From Patescibacteria group bacterium (GTDB lineage Bacteria > Patescibacteriota > Minisyncoccia > UBA6257 > 2-01-FULL-56-20): a stretch of DNA of 64,000 nucleotides. The stretch covers positions 64,572 to 128,571 of the forward strand of contig JBBTUL010000012.1 in the NCBI GenBank assembly GCA_038063755.1, read 5' to 3'. The position numbers and the translations under genes were made by a program. Shown one piece after another: positions 16,983 to 26,544 of this stretch; position 1 is the stretch's first letter, and each line of letters opens with the position of its first letter. The notes under the pieces were generated by a model. That model ran no database searches. It was not told the DNA's origin and saw nothing but the letters and a program-made list of their open reading frames with translations.

Positions 16983-18677
16983 ATGCGAAAGAAACTATCC
17001 CTTTTGGTCCAAAAAGCGCTTCAGACAGATATTGACCCGGAACTTACCATTCCCGAACACTCGGAGTTCGGCCATTTCTCGACCAATATCGCCATGCGCC
17101 TCGCAAGCGAGCGGAATGAGGACCCGCTTAAGATTGCAGAGAGCATTATAGAGAAGGTGAGAGCTGACGGAGTGAAGCTTGTCGAGCGCGTGATGGTTGC
17201 CGGTCCGGGGTTTATTAATTTTTGGCTTCAGCCAAAAGCGATTCAAGAAGAATTCTCCGCAATACTCAAGAATAAAAAAACATTCGGAAAAAGTAGCAGC
17301 GGAAAAGGGAAGCTGGTGATTGTTGAATATTCTCAGCCAAACATAGCGAAACCTTTGCATGCCGGACACCTGCGAAACACAATCCTGGGAGACGTCCTCG
17401 CGAACGTCCATGCGTGTACCGGACACAAGGTAGTCAGATGGAATTACCTAGGGGACTGGGGGACGCAGTTCGGACGGGTAATCGCCGCATGGAAGCGCGG
17501 AAGCGACGAGGCCGAGCTCAAAAAAACCCCGATCGAGTATCTCGAGAGGCTCTACGTTGAGTTTGGGAAGAAGGCGAAAGAAAATGACGAGCTGGCGGAT
17601 GCCGGACGAGAAGAGTTCCGAAAACTTGAAGCAGGAGACAGGGAAAATTTCAAATTATGGAAAAGATTCAAAAAAGAGTCCCTAAAAGAAATAGGAGAGA
17701 TTTACCGAATGCTTGGAGTGCGCTTCGATACATATATTGGAGAATCCTCTTTTCGAGGAGACATGAGTTCGCTTGTGAAAAACATGCTTGACAAAGGAGT
17801 GGCGATGCGAAGCGAGGGAGCGGTCATCGTGCCGCTTGAGGAGTTTGGTCTGCCCCCCGCACTCATCCAAAAAAAGGACGGAGCGAGCCTGTATCATACA
17901 CGCGACATTGCCGCATTCGATTACCGCCTCAAGAAACATCATCCCGATCGATTCCTCTATGTGGTGGGGAACGAACAGACACTCCACTTTGCCCAACTTT
18001 TGGCGATATTGAAAAAACTTGGCCTCGGGAGGGAGTGCGAGGTGGTGCACGTGAAATACGGCCTCTTGCTGGGAGTTGGCGGCAAAAAGATGTCGACGCG
18101 CGAAGGAACGGCGGTTTCGGTGCGAGGCATTATTAAAAAGGCAATTACCCTTGCGAGCGATGTTGTAGAAAAAAAGAACCCGAATCTTTCGGGGCGCGAG
18201 CGGAAGCGCGTTGCGGAGGCAGTCGGCATCGGTGCCCTGAAGTACGCGCTTCTCAAAGAAAACAGGATGTCGGACATCGTATTTGACTGGGACCGGATGC
18301 TTGATTTTTCGGGAGATAGTGGGCCATATCTTCAGTACACTCGTGCCCGCCTGCTTTCGATCATACGAAAGGCGGGGTGGCGCGGGAAGGCCGATTTCAC
18401 CGAACTTTCAAGTGATCTTGAGCTCGCGCTCATGAGAAAGATTTTTGAATTTCCCGAAGAAGCGGAGCGAAGCTTAGAGACGTTCTACGTGAACAATCTC
18501 GCGCAACACCTCAATAGTCTTGCCGTGCTTGCGAATCGGTTTTACGAATCAACGCCGATACTGAAAGATGAGAACAAAAAAAGAAAAAATGCGCGGCTTC
18601 AGCTCATCGGCATGGTGTCGGTGGTTATCGAGCGAGAACTCGCGCTTCTAGGAATTGAATCGCCGGACAATATTTGA
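16983..18677 (+). CDS. argS: Arginyl-tRNA synthetase
   Basis: Class I HIGH-type motif PNIAKPLHAGHLRNT and KMSKS-type motif KKMSTREG; ArgS-like N-terminal add-on domain. Start set at Met 16983 (MRKKLSLLVQKAL) because the ORF-track 5' extension (16668-16982) overlaps smpB on the opposite strand. Confidence 0.9.
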   Translation: MRKKLSLLVQKALQTDIDPELTIPEHSEFGHFSTNIAMRLASERNEDPLKIAESIIEKVRADGVKLVERVMVAGPGFINFWLQPKAIQEEFSAILKNKKTFGKSSSGKGKLVIVEYSQPNIAKPLHAGHLRNTILGDVLANVHACTGHKVVRWNYLGDWGTQFGRVIAAWKRGSDEAELKKTPIEYLERLYVEFGKKAKENDELADAGREEFRKLEAGDRENFKLWKRFKKESLKEIGEIYRMLGVRFDTYIGESSFRGDMSSLVKNMLDKGVAMRSEGAVIVPLEEFGLPPALIQKKDGASLYHTRDIAAFDYRLKKHHPDRFLYVVGNEQTLHFAQLLAILKKLGLGRECEVVHVKYGLLLGVGGKKMSTREGTAVSVRGIIKKAITLASDVVEKKNPNLSGRERKRVAEAVGIGALKYALLKENRMSDIVFDWDRMLDFSGDSGPYLQYTRARLLSIIRKAGWRGKADFTELSSDLELALMRKIFEFPEEAERSLETFYVNNLAQHLNSLAVLANRFYESTPILKDENKKRKNARLQLIGMVSVVIERELALLGIESPDNI

Positions 18678-18735
18678 CGAAAAAGGCCTTTTTGGGGTAT
18701 TTTGCCTGTGGCACAAACAATGAGAGGAGAAGGGT

Positions 18736-19029
18736 ATGCAAATGCAAATGAATCCACTCGAGATTCTAGGGTTGTTTTTAATTTTAGCATTTATTGCCCC
18801 GGGAATGTTTTACGTGCAGAGATATGCCAAGAATACCGGCGTGGCAATGAGCGTATTTCTCTTTACGGCCTTTCTTGTGAAGTATAGCGGGTTGCGAGAA
18901 GTTCTTAAGAAAGAAGTGTTCGGGTTGCCACAGCCGACCGCGGGCGATATTCTCGCCTTCATAGCGACATCATTCCTTGTGATTTCAGTAATCAGGGACG
19001 GGTTGGATTTGTACCGTAAGCAACCATAA
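18736..19029 (+). CDS. Hypothetical small membrane protein (97 aa)
   Basis: SD GAGGAG upstream of the ATG; three hydrophobic segments. Confidence 0.5.
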   Translation: MQMQMNPLEILGLFLILAFIAPGMFYVQRYAKNTGVAMSVFLFTAFLVKYSGLREVLKKEVFGLPQPTAGDILAFIATSFLVISVIRDGLDLYRKQP

Positions 19030-19077
19030 GGGCCAAAAGCCCTTTTTTCTTTATTCTGGCGTTGTTTCAAGAAAAAG

Positions 19078-22000
19078 TTGCAGTTCATGTGTGTCATCGG
19101 TATGATTACTCGTACGTATCAAATGTTTACCGAAGAAGGGCCATTTAGCCTGCCAAAGCTTGAGGAAAAAGTTCTTGAGTTTTGGAAAAAGAAGGGTATT
19201 TTCGAAAAAAGTCTTATCGCAAGAAAAGGAAAGAAAAGCTTCGTTTTTTATGAAGGGCCGCCCACCGCAAACGGCAGGCCGGGCATTCACCACGTGCTTG
19301 CCAGATCGTTTAAAGACATCATTCCCCGCTATCGGACGATGCGTGGTTATTTCGTTGAGCGAAAGGGTGGGTGGGATACCCACGGCCTCCCCGTCGAGCT
19401 TGAGGTAGAAAAGAAGCTTGGTCTTAAATCTAAAAAAGAGATCGAAGAATACGGCATTGCGGAGTTCAATAAAAAATGCCGAGAATCGGTTTGGCAATAC
19501 AAAGACGAGTGGGAGCGCCTTACGGAGCGGATGGGTTTTTGGATCGACCTGAAGAACCCATATATTACTTACGAGAATAAATACATAGAGACGCTCTGGT
19601 GGATCATCAAGAAGTTTTTCGAAAAGGAGCTTATGTATCTTGGGCACAAAGTTGTGCCGTGGTGCTCGCGATGCGGCACAGCGCTTTCTTCCCACGAACT
19701 CGCTCAAGGGTACAAAGAAGTCGAAGATCAGTCGGTATACATCAAGTTCAGGTTGAAGCATGGGCAAAAGGTTGGCGAATGGATCACGACAGATCACACC
19801 TATATCCTTTCTTGGACGACGACACCCTGGACGCTTCCTGGAAACGTTGCACTTGCTGTGGGGAGGGATATTGAGTACAAAGCGATCGAAACAGCCGATG
19901 GAGAGGTTTTAATTTTTGCAAAAGACAGAGAGGGGACGCTTGGAGTTTCAGGAAGAGAAGTCGCGACAATTTCCGGCGAAAAACTTCTCAATCTTGAGTA
20001 TTTCCCGCTTTTCAACATCCCAGCACTTCAGACGCTTCGTTCATATCGAGTTTATCCGGCTGACTTTGTTACGACCACAGACGGCACCGGCGTCGTGCAC
20101 ACTGCCGTAATGTATGGAGAAGATGATTATCAGCTGGGTGCCTCCGTAGGGCTTCCGCAGCACCACACCGTGACCGAAGAGGGAATCTTCACTTCTGACA
20201 TCACGAAGCTGGGCGGGTTATACGTGAAAGATCCTGAAGCGGAAAAAAGAATATTTGACCATCTGACAAAAAACAACAATCTTTTGCGCGCAGAGACATA
20301 TAAGCATGAATACCCACACTGTTGGCGTTGCAGCACCCCGCTTCTTTACTACGCGCGCAGCTCATGGTTCGTTTCGATGTCAAAGCTTCGCACCGAGCTT
20401 TTGCGCAGGAATAAAAAAATAAACTGGACACCAGAGCACATCAAAGAGGGAAGATTTGGCGAGTGGTTGAAAGAGGCTAAAGACTGGAATTTCTCTCGCG
20501 AAAGATATTGGGGGACGCCCTTGCCGATATGGCATTGCGAGTCCTGCAAGTCGAGGTTTGTGCCGGGGAGCATGGAGGAGCTTATTAATGCAGATTATTT
20601 CAGAAATACATTTTACCTGCTGCGACACACAGAAGCTGAGCATGTGGTAAAAAAGCTTCTAGCATACGGCCCGGAGACCGACGAGACCAACACGGCGCAT
20701 CTTACTTCAAAAGGGCGAAAAGAGGCGGAACAGATTGCAAAAAAACTTGGGAAGCAAAAATTTGCTGCGATCTACGCCTCGCCATATGCGCGAACGAAAG
20801 AGCTCGCCGAATTGATTCACAAAGAAACAGGTGCGCCTCTTTTCCTGGATGATCGTCTTGGCGAGCTAAACGTAGGAACATTTGCCTGGCACCCAATAAA
20901 AGAATTCGGGAAGTATTTTAAAAACAGCCTCGAACGATTTACCGAGAAGCCGGAGGGGGGTGAAAGCTTGCGCGATGTGCGAGCGCGAGTCATGCGCGCG
21001 GTTCTTGATATCAACAAGCGATACCGCGGAAAGGAAATTCTTATTGTTGGACACGGAGATCCGCTCTGGATGCTTGAGGCCGCGATGAAGGGTGTGTCCG
21101 AGGAAGAAGCACTCAAAATGCCGTATATCGAACTCGGGGAGACGAGGAAGGTCGCGTTGCGCAATCTACCATACGACGAATCCGGGCAAGTTGATCTTCA
21201 CCGCCCCTATGTAGATGAGCTTTTTCTCGGCTGCGCGAAATGCCACGGGAAGATGGTTCGCGTAAAAGAGGTGGCCGATGTATGGTTCGATTCCGGCTCA
21301 ATGCCGCTTGCGCAGAGTCATTATCCGTTCGAACAAGGACCAAAGAATAAACAAAAAACGGATACGGCAGGAGATGTTTCTCGGGCGACATTCCGCGCCC
21401 TTTCATATCCGGCAGACTTTATATCCGAGGCGATGGATCAAACGCGCGGATGGTTCTATACGCTTCTTGCGGTCGCAACGGCGCTTGGACTCGATGCGCC
21501 ATACAAAAATGTTATTTCGTTGGGGCTGATCCACGACAAGTTTGGGCAAAAAATGTCTAAGTCGAAGGGAAATGTTGTTGATCCGTGGATTATGATGGAA
21601 AAGTATGGTGTCGACGCGGTTCGCTGGTATTTTTATACTTCAACGCCGGCCGGCGAGCCGAAAAATTTTGACGAAGTGGATGTCGGGAAGTCATTTCGTA
21701 AATTTCACGCGATCATCTGGAATTCGTTGGTATTTTACCGGACGTATGCTTCAAAGCACCCAGCGGTGATTGTCAGACCGAAACACATTTTAGACCGATG
21801 GATTCTTGCTCGGCTAAATGACACTATTGCGAAAACGATTCGGGCGCTTGACGCCTATGAAGTTAGAGAAGCCGGACTTGCGCTCGAGGCATTTACCGAC
21901 GACCTTTCTCGCTGGTACATCAGACGCTCCCGTCGCCGCTTTCAAAAGCCGATAAGCCAAGCGGACTACCGCGAAGCAACGGGAACGCTAAAGCTCATCC

Positions 22001-22650
22001 TCCTCGATCTTTCGAGGCTCATCGCTCCGTTTAGCCCATTTTTCGCCGAGGGAATATACGAAGGAATTACCGAGGGAGATCGCGGGAAGAAAGAGTCGGT
22101 GCACCTAGAGAATTTTCCGACTCCCAAGCGGAACTTGATTGACCGGAGACTACTTCGCTCCATGGAAGACGCTCGTCGTGTTTCAAGCCTTGGACTTGCG
22201 AAGCGTGCCGAGATCGGCATCAAGGTTCGTCAGCCACTCGCCCTGCTCACCGTAAGGGACGGCGGATCAGTTCGAACAAATAAAGATTTGCTTGTGATCG
22301 TGAAAGAAGAAGTGAACGTAAAGGCGATGAAGTTCGACAAAAATATTTCCGATGAGCTGGTTTACGACACCGTAATTACCCCTGAGCTTAAAGCCGAGGG
22401 GTTGATCCGCGAGATAACGCGCGCGGTGCAGGATTTGAGGCAAGAGACCAAGCTTTCGCCAAAAGAGGGTATTGTTCTTGTGCTTGATGTACCAAAAGAA
22501 GTCGCTCGTATGCTCATTGGGGCAGAAAAAGTTTTTTCCAAAGAAGTTGGTGCGGTTGCGCTTGAATACGGGCGAGAGAAAAAACTCGACGCAGAAGCAG
22601 AGATAAAAACAGACGAAGGAATTTTGCGGATCGGTATACGGAGGGCATAA
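19078..22650 (+). CDS. ileS: Isoleucyl-tRNA synthetase (type 2) with an inserted histidine-phosphatase (PGAM-like) domain
   Basis: HIGH-region PPTANGRPGIHHVLARSF, IleS signature WTTTPWTLPGNVALAV, KMSKSKGN, zinc-knuckle pairs CWRCSTP / CESCKSR / CAKCHGK. Residues ~507-700 (nt ~20590-21180) read LRHTEAEH...LTSKGRKEAEQIAKKL...IYASPYARTKELAELI...GESLRDVRARV...ILIVGHGDPLWML. This is collinear with the stand-alone histidine phosphatase at 61204-61746 (RHGETDFN...GKTQANDLADML...IFSSPLKRARKTADVI...GESATEVKSRL...VILVTHGGIIRLL). Total length is 1190 aa; the start codon is uncertain (19078, 19102 or 19123). Confidence 0.9.
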   Translation: MQFMCVIGMITRTYQMFTEEGPFSLPKLEEKVLEFWKKKGIFEKSLIARKGKKSFVFYEGPPTANGRPGIHHVLARSFKDIIPRYRTMRGYFVERKGGWDTHGLPVELEVEKKLGLKSKKEIEEYGIAEFNKKCRESVWQYKDEWERLTERMGFWIDLKNPYITYENKYIETLWWIIKKFFEKELMYLGHKVVPWCSRCGTALSSHELAQGYKEVEDQSVYIKFRLKHGQKVGEWITTDHTYILSWTTTPWTLPGNVALAVGRDIEYKAIETADGEVLIFAKDREGTLGVSGREVATISGEKLLNLEYFPLFNIPALQTLRSYRVYPADFVTTTDGTGVVHTAVMYGEDDYQLGASVGLPQHHTVTEEGIFTSDITKLGGLYVKDPEAEKRIFDHLTKNNNLLRAETYKHEYPHCWRCSTPLLYYARSSWFVSMSKLRTELLRRNKKINWTPEHIKEGRFGEWLKEAKDWNFSRERYWGTPLPIWHCESCKSRFVPGSMEELINADYFRNTFYLLRHTEAEHVVKKLLAYGPETDETNTAHLTSKGRKEAEQIAKKLGKQKFAAIYASPYARTKELAELIHKETGAPLFLDDRLGELNVGTFAWHPIKEFGKYFKNSLERFTEKPEGGESLRDVRARVMRAVLDINKRYRGKEILIVGHGDPLWMLEAAMKGVSEEEALKMPYIELGETRKVALRNLPYDESGQVDLHRPYVDELFLGCAKCHGKMVRVKEVADVWFDSGSMPLAQSHYPFEQGPKNKQKTDTAGDVSRATFRALSYPADFISEAMDQTRGWFYTLLAVATALGLDAPYKNVISLGLIHDKFGQKMSKSKGNVVDPWIMMEKYGVDAVRWYFYTSTPAGEPKNFDEVDVGKSFRKFHAIIWNSLVFYRTYASKHPAVIVRPKHILDRWILARLNDTIAKTIRALDAYEVREAGLALEAFTDDLSRWYIRRSRRRFQKPISQADYREATGTLKLILLDLSRLIAPFSPFFAEGIYEGITEGDRGKKESVHLENFPTPKRNLIDRRLLRSMEDARRVSSLGLAKRAEIGIKVRQPLALLTVRDGGSVRTNKDLLVIVKEEVNVKAMKFDKNISDELVYDTVITPELKAEGLIREITRAVQDLRQETKLSPKEGIVLVLDVPKEVARMLIGAEKVFSKEVGAVALEYGREKKLDAEAEIKTDEGILRIGIRRA

Positions 22651-22744
22651 CTCTCGCCTTCCACGCATTACGAAGGATGGGTTGAACGAGGAAGAATAGT
22701 GTGCTAAATTCTTCGCAGTACTTCTTGGCAGGGCAGGAGGTGGT

Positions 22745-23047
22745 ATGAAAAAGGTCATAGGGTTGTTTCTCGATGTGTTTTTTGATGCGGTGTGTCTTGT
22801 CGGATTCGTATTTTTTGTCGTTTTTCTCATAGGAGTCGTTGCGCTGGCTCTCTGGTTTGGTTCTGTGGTTCCTTGGCCGATCCTCGCCCTTGTTTCCATT
22901 TTCTGGTGGGTCTTGAGCTCGAAGATTCTTGGCGAGCGGGATCGAAACGAGACTGAGATCGCGATCATCGGGTTTATCGAGTGGAGTGTTGTTGGCATCA
23001 TTCGATTTCTCGTTATCGTGGCGTGGGCTGGAAAGCTCGTTTTTTAA
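22745..23047 (+). CDS. Hypothetical small membrane protein (100 aa)
   Basis: SD GGAGG upstream; three TM segments; terminator follows. Confidence 0.5.
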   Translation: MKKVIGLFLDVFFDAVCLVGFVFFVVFLIGVVALALWFGSVVPWPILALVSIFWWVLSSKILGERDRNETEIAIIGFIEWSVVGIIRFLVIVAWAGKLVF

Positions 23048-23062
23048 AAAGATTTTTTAATA

Positions 23063-23090
23063 AAAACTCCGGTTCTCCGGAGGTTTTTGT
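23063..23090 (+). terminator. Rho-independent terminator
   Basis: Stem ctccgg / ccggag with loop ttct, followed by a T-run. Confidence 0.65.
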
Positions 23091-23150
23091 TTACAAATCT
23101 TTCTTGAGACAGTAGAGTGTGGGAAGCAGCTTCCAGCGGAGACTAAAAGG

Positions 23151-23402
23151 ATGGAAAAAAAGAAGTATATCTATCTTGCGATTCTTTGGTTTCTCACCAT
23201 CGCGAGTCTTGTCGCCGGACTCGGGGGCAGCACAGAGCTTTTTGAGGCGACGGAGCTTCTTAGGGCGATTCTCCTTGTTGGATCAACCACGCTTTTCGTT
23301 GATATTTGGATAAGGTGTGGAAGCGTCGAAACGCGCTTCGCGATTCGTTTATCCCTCTGGATCCTCGCTGACCTGGGAATCGCTTTTAACGCCTATATTT
23401 AG
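23151..23402 (+). CDS. Hypothetical small membrane protein (83 aa)
   Basis: Hydrophobic ORF; RBS spacing is suboptimal. Confidence 0.4.
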   Translation: MEKKKYIYLAILWFLTIASLVAGLGGSTELFEATELLRAILLVGSTTLFVDIWIRCGSVETRFAIRLSLWILADLGIAFNAYI

Positions 23403-23449
23403 AAATTTCTTTGCTGACCCCGGCTATACCAGCCGGCTTTTTATTTCGG

Positions 23450-24436
23450 TTATGGCGAGAGGCCAACTTTCTTTTTAGCGGCGAAAAGCGTTTTTTCGGC
23501 TACTTTCGAAGCCTTCTTTGAGCCGGACACAAGAAGCGATTTGAGCGCTGCGGACTTCACCATAAGCCCAGCCTTCTTGTTTCGATACTCTCGGAAATGC
23601 TCGGCGAGCGCGAACGCGACTCGTTCTTTAAGGTGTGAATAGGTGTTTCCGGCAAATTCCTTCTCAACGTCTCGCATGGGCCGTCCAGTGACTGCCGAGT
23701 AAATTCCGAGGAGATTGGAGACGCCCGGCTTTTCCTTCGGGTCATATTTTATTTCGGAACCGGAGTCGGTCACGGCGCGCTTTACCTTATCGTGGATTTC
23801 TTCCGGCGAGTCATCGAGAAAGAGACAGCTTGCGGGGTCCGACTTCGACATTTTCCTTGAAGAATCCCTAAGGCTCATCACGCGCGGCGTGTGCGTGAGG
23901 ATTCCTTTCGGCTCAGTAAAAATCCTGCCGAATCTTCCATTAAACTTTCTCACGATCGTACGCGCGAGCTCAAGATGTTGTAGCTGATCATCTCCGACCG
24001 GAACAGCCGCGGGGTTATAGAGAAGAATATCGGCGGCCATGAGCGTGGGGTATGTAAAAAGACCCGCATTTACAATCTCAGCCTTTGCGCTTTTATCCTT
24101 GTACTGCGTCATTCGTTCAAGCTCACCCATCGGAGTGATGGTATTGAATATCCAGGCAAGCTCTGTATGTGCGGGAACGAGCGACTGGAGAAAAAGAGTC
24201 GATTTCTTTGGATTAAGTCCGGCGGCCAAAAAATCGGCGGCAAGCTCGAGTATTTGTTTTTGCTTTTTTTTCGGGTCAAAGCTCTCCGTAATCGAGTGGA
24301 GGTCCGCGATGAAGAAAAAACAATCGTATTTGCCGGAGTTTTGAAGTTCTACGAAGTTTTTGAGCGCGCCCAGATAGTTCCCGATGTGGAGCTTGCCAGA
24401 CGGCTGTATTCCCGAGACGAGGACTTGTCGTTTCAT
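23450..24436 (-). CDS. trpS: Tryptophanyl-tRNA synthetase
   Basis: 328 aa; SGIQPSGKLHIGNYLG (HIGH region) and KMSKSD (KMSKS); length typical of TrpS. Confidence 0.92.
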   Translation of the reverse strand: MKRQVLVSGIQPSGKLHIGNYLGALKNFVELQNSGKYDCFFFIADLHSITESFDPKKKQKQILELAADFLAAGLNPKKSTLFLQSLVPAHTELAWIFNTITPMGELERMTQYKDKSAKAEIVNAGLFTYPTLMAADILLYNPAAVPVGDDQLQHLELARTIVRKFNGRFGRIFTEPKGILTHTPRVMSLRDSSRKMSKSDPASCLFLDDSPEEIHDKVKRAVTDSGSEIKYDPKEKPGVSNLLGIYSAVTGRPMRDVEKEFAGNTYSHLKERVAFALAEHFREYRNKKAGLMVKSAALKSLLVSGSKKASKVAEKTLFAAKKKVGLSP

Positions 24437-24473
24437 GGTTTTGGCGGACGGCGGAGAGCCAAGCGTGCCAGCG

Positions 24474-26288
24474 CTAAATCTTGATGAGCACCGGCAGAAT
24501 CATTGGTCTGCGCTTAGTCTTATTATACAGGAAGTTTCCAACCTGATCTCGGATAAGCGTCTTTACGTAGTCGGGTTCGACCTCGCGGTTGTTCGGAATG
24601 CGGCCGATGATATTTTTGACGCGCTTTCTGACTTCTTCAAGCATTTCTTGATTGTCTTTAAGATAGATGAATCCTCGCGAGATAATGTCCGGATTTTTGA
24701 CGATGCGTCCACCTTGATCGACAACGACGATCACAACAATCATTCCTTCCTGGGAGAGGTTGAGTCTGTCTCGAAGAACGACCTCTTCTACGTCGCCAAC
24801 GCCCAAGCCGTCAACCATAACATACCCGGCAGGGACCTTCTCGCCCGAGACGGTAAAATTTTCTTTGGTAACATAGGCCACTTCGCCATTGTCCATGACG
24901 ATAACGTGGTTCTTGGGGATGCCAACCTGCTCGGCAATTTTCCTTAAAGCGCAGCGGAAAAGATAGTAGCCGTGAATCGGGATAACGTACTCAGGCTTTA
25001 CGAGCCTCAAGACGAGCTTCAGGTCTTCCTGGTGGGCATGGCCCGTTGCGTGAAGGTCAAGGATTTTTGTGTTGTATACCTCGTCTACCTGGCGCGCGAT
25101 ATTGTCTTGGAGCGACTGAACGCTTCGTTCGTTTCCAGGGACAACTGACGAGGAGAAAATAACGGTATCGGTACGCTTGAGCTGCATCAAGCGATGCTCG
25201 CCGTTTACGATGCGGGTAAGTCCTGAGTTCGGCTCTCCTTGCGAGCCGGTCGTAAGGATAACCATCTTATCGTCTCGGTGTTTATGAAGCTCTTCGAGCG
25301 GGACCAGAAAGTCCTTTGGCGGCTTGTAGTAGCCCAGGTTTTGCATGATTTGGAAGTTATCTTTCATTGAGCGGCCGTTTAGTGAAACCTTTCGTCCAAG
25401 CTTTACAGCGATTTTCATGATTTCCGTAAGGCGGGTCATAAGGGAAGCGAAGGTGGCGATGACAATTCTTCCTTTCGCCGGGGACATAAGTTCCTCAAGG
25501 TTGTCGCTTACGGCTTCTTCGGAAAACGAAAATCCGGGACGGAGAGCGTTGGTGCTGTCGATGAATACCGCCCGTACCCCTCTTTTTCCGACATCTTCGA
25601 ATACCTCAAGGTCGGTGGGTTTGCCGTTTTTGTCCATACGAACGCGAAAATCTCCAAAGCTCACCATGTTGCCGACCGGCGTATCAAGCACGAAGCCGAG
25701 CGCGTCGGGTACCGTATGGTCGACGTTGAAGAATTCAACGTTAAAATATTTTCCAAGGCGAGTCTTGCTGCCGTGTTTTACAACTTCGAAATGAAGCTTC
25801 GGGGCACTTGTAAATTCTTCATGACGACGTTCAACAACGGCCTTCGTGAAGTCGGCGGTATAGATGAGCGGATTGCCCCATTTTTCAATGAGATAGTGGA
25901 TTGCGGCAATGTGGTCGTAGTGTCCATGCGTCAGAAGGATGGCCTTGATGTTGTTTTTCTTCGAAGCAAGGTACGCCTCGTTTGGGATGATGTAGTCGAT
26001 TCCCGGGGTTTCTTCTTCTGGAAATTGGATGCCAACGTCAACGACAATGATCTCATCCTTGTATTCGTAGAAGTAGCAGTTGCGACCGATTTCTTCGAGG
26101 CCCCCCAAGGGAACAAAGCGAAGAACGTCTTTTTCTGGCGGATGTTCTCCGCCGGTCTTCGTCTTTTGCGAAGGGTGGAAAACCGTCGTGCGGATCGGGC
26201 CGCGCGATTTTCCCTTTGTTTGATTATTTGCGATTGGAGAGAAGCGTGATGTCCGACCTCCTGCTCGTCGCATTGGTGAATGATTCAT
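24474..26288 (-). CDS. rnj: Ribonuclease J (metallo-beta-lactamase / beta-CASP family)
   Basis: LRFVPLGGLEEIGRNCY N-terminal region, HxHxDH motif LLTHGHYDHIAA, beta-CASP and C-terminal domains; 604 aa with a ~50-aa N-terminal extension. Confidence 0.9.
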   Translation of the reverse strand: MNHSPMRRAGGRTSRFSPIANNQTKGKSRGPIRTTVFHPSQKTKTGGEHPPEKDVLRFVPLGGLEEIGRNCYFYEYKDEIIVVDVGIQFPEEETPGIDYIIPNEAYLASKKNNIKAILLTHGHYDHIAAIHYLIEKWGNPLIYTADFTKAVVERRHEEFTSAPKLHFEVVKHGSKTRLGKYFNVEFFNVDHTVPDALGFVLDTPVGNMVSFGDFRVRMDKNGKPTDLEVFEDVGKRGVRAVFIDSTNALRPGFSFSEEAVSDNLEELMSPAKGRIVIATFASLMTRLTEIMKIAVKLGRKVSLNGRSMKDNFQIMQNLGYYKPPKDFLVPLEELHKHRDDKMVILTTGSQGEPNSGLTRIVNGEHRLMQLKRTDTVIFSSSVVPGNERSVQSLQDNIARQVDEVYNTKILDLHATGHAHQEDLKLVLRLVKPEYVIPIHGYYLFRCALRKIAEQVGIPKNHVIVMDNGEVAYVTKENFTVSGEKVPAGYVMVDGLGVGDVEEVVLRDRLNLSQEGMIVVIVVVDQGGRIVKNPDIISRGFIYLKDNQEMLEEVRKRVKNIIGRIPNNREVEPDYVKTLIRDQVGNFLYNKTKRRPMILPVLIKI

Positions 26289-26317
26289 TTAGTACGCTAT
26301 GTTTTTATTTTTATTCG

Positions 26318-26400
26318 TGGGGATGGGGAGAGTTGAACTCCCACGTCCGAAGGACACACGGCTCTGAACCGTGCGCGTCTGCCAGTTCCGCCACATCCCC
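26318..26400 (-). tRNA. tRNA-Leu (anticodon CAG), type II with long variable arm; CCA not encoded
   Basis: rc sequence GGGGATGTGGCGGAACTGGCAGACGCGCACGGTTCAGAGCCGTGTGTCCTTCGGACGTGGGAGTTCAACTCTCCCCATCCCCA. Acceptor GGGGATG/CATCCCC, anticodon stem CACGG/CCGTG with loop TTCAGAG, variable arm TGTCCTTCGGACG, T-arm GGGAG-TTCAACT-CTCCC. Confidence 0.85.
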
Positions 26401-26544
26401 AAGACCATGCCGCCGATTTTGCTAAAAGTCCTCTTCTTCTTATTATGCATATTATAAAACGCAGACGTATCGGAAGCCTTCTTAATGCATCAAAAAGGAG
26501 GAATTACAACGTTATTTGTATTATAGCAAATATTGTCTCAAAGG

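Noticed and set aside
19051-19797. 248-aa minus-strand ORF
   Set aside because: Antisense to the ileS 5' region; no RBS, no domain.
20590-21180. Intein in ileS
   Set aside because: The insert has histidine-phosphatase (RHG…H) blocks. It lacks Hint-domain splice junctions (an N-terminal Cys/Ser after the junction and a C-terminal HN plus nucleophile) and any LAGLIDADG or HNH endonuclease.
22267-23001. 244-aa minus-strand ORF
   Set aside because: Antisense to the ileS 3' end and to the small gene 22745-23047; Arg/Thr-rich composition typical of antisense frames.
24384-24947. 187-aa plus-strand ORF
   Set aside because: Antisense to the RNase J C-terminal region.
26216-26425. 69-aa ORF overlapping tRNA-Leu
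   Set aside because: Coincides with a well-folding tRNA gene.
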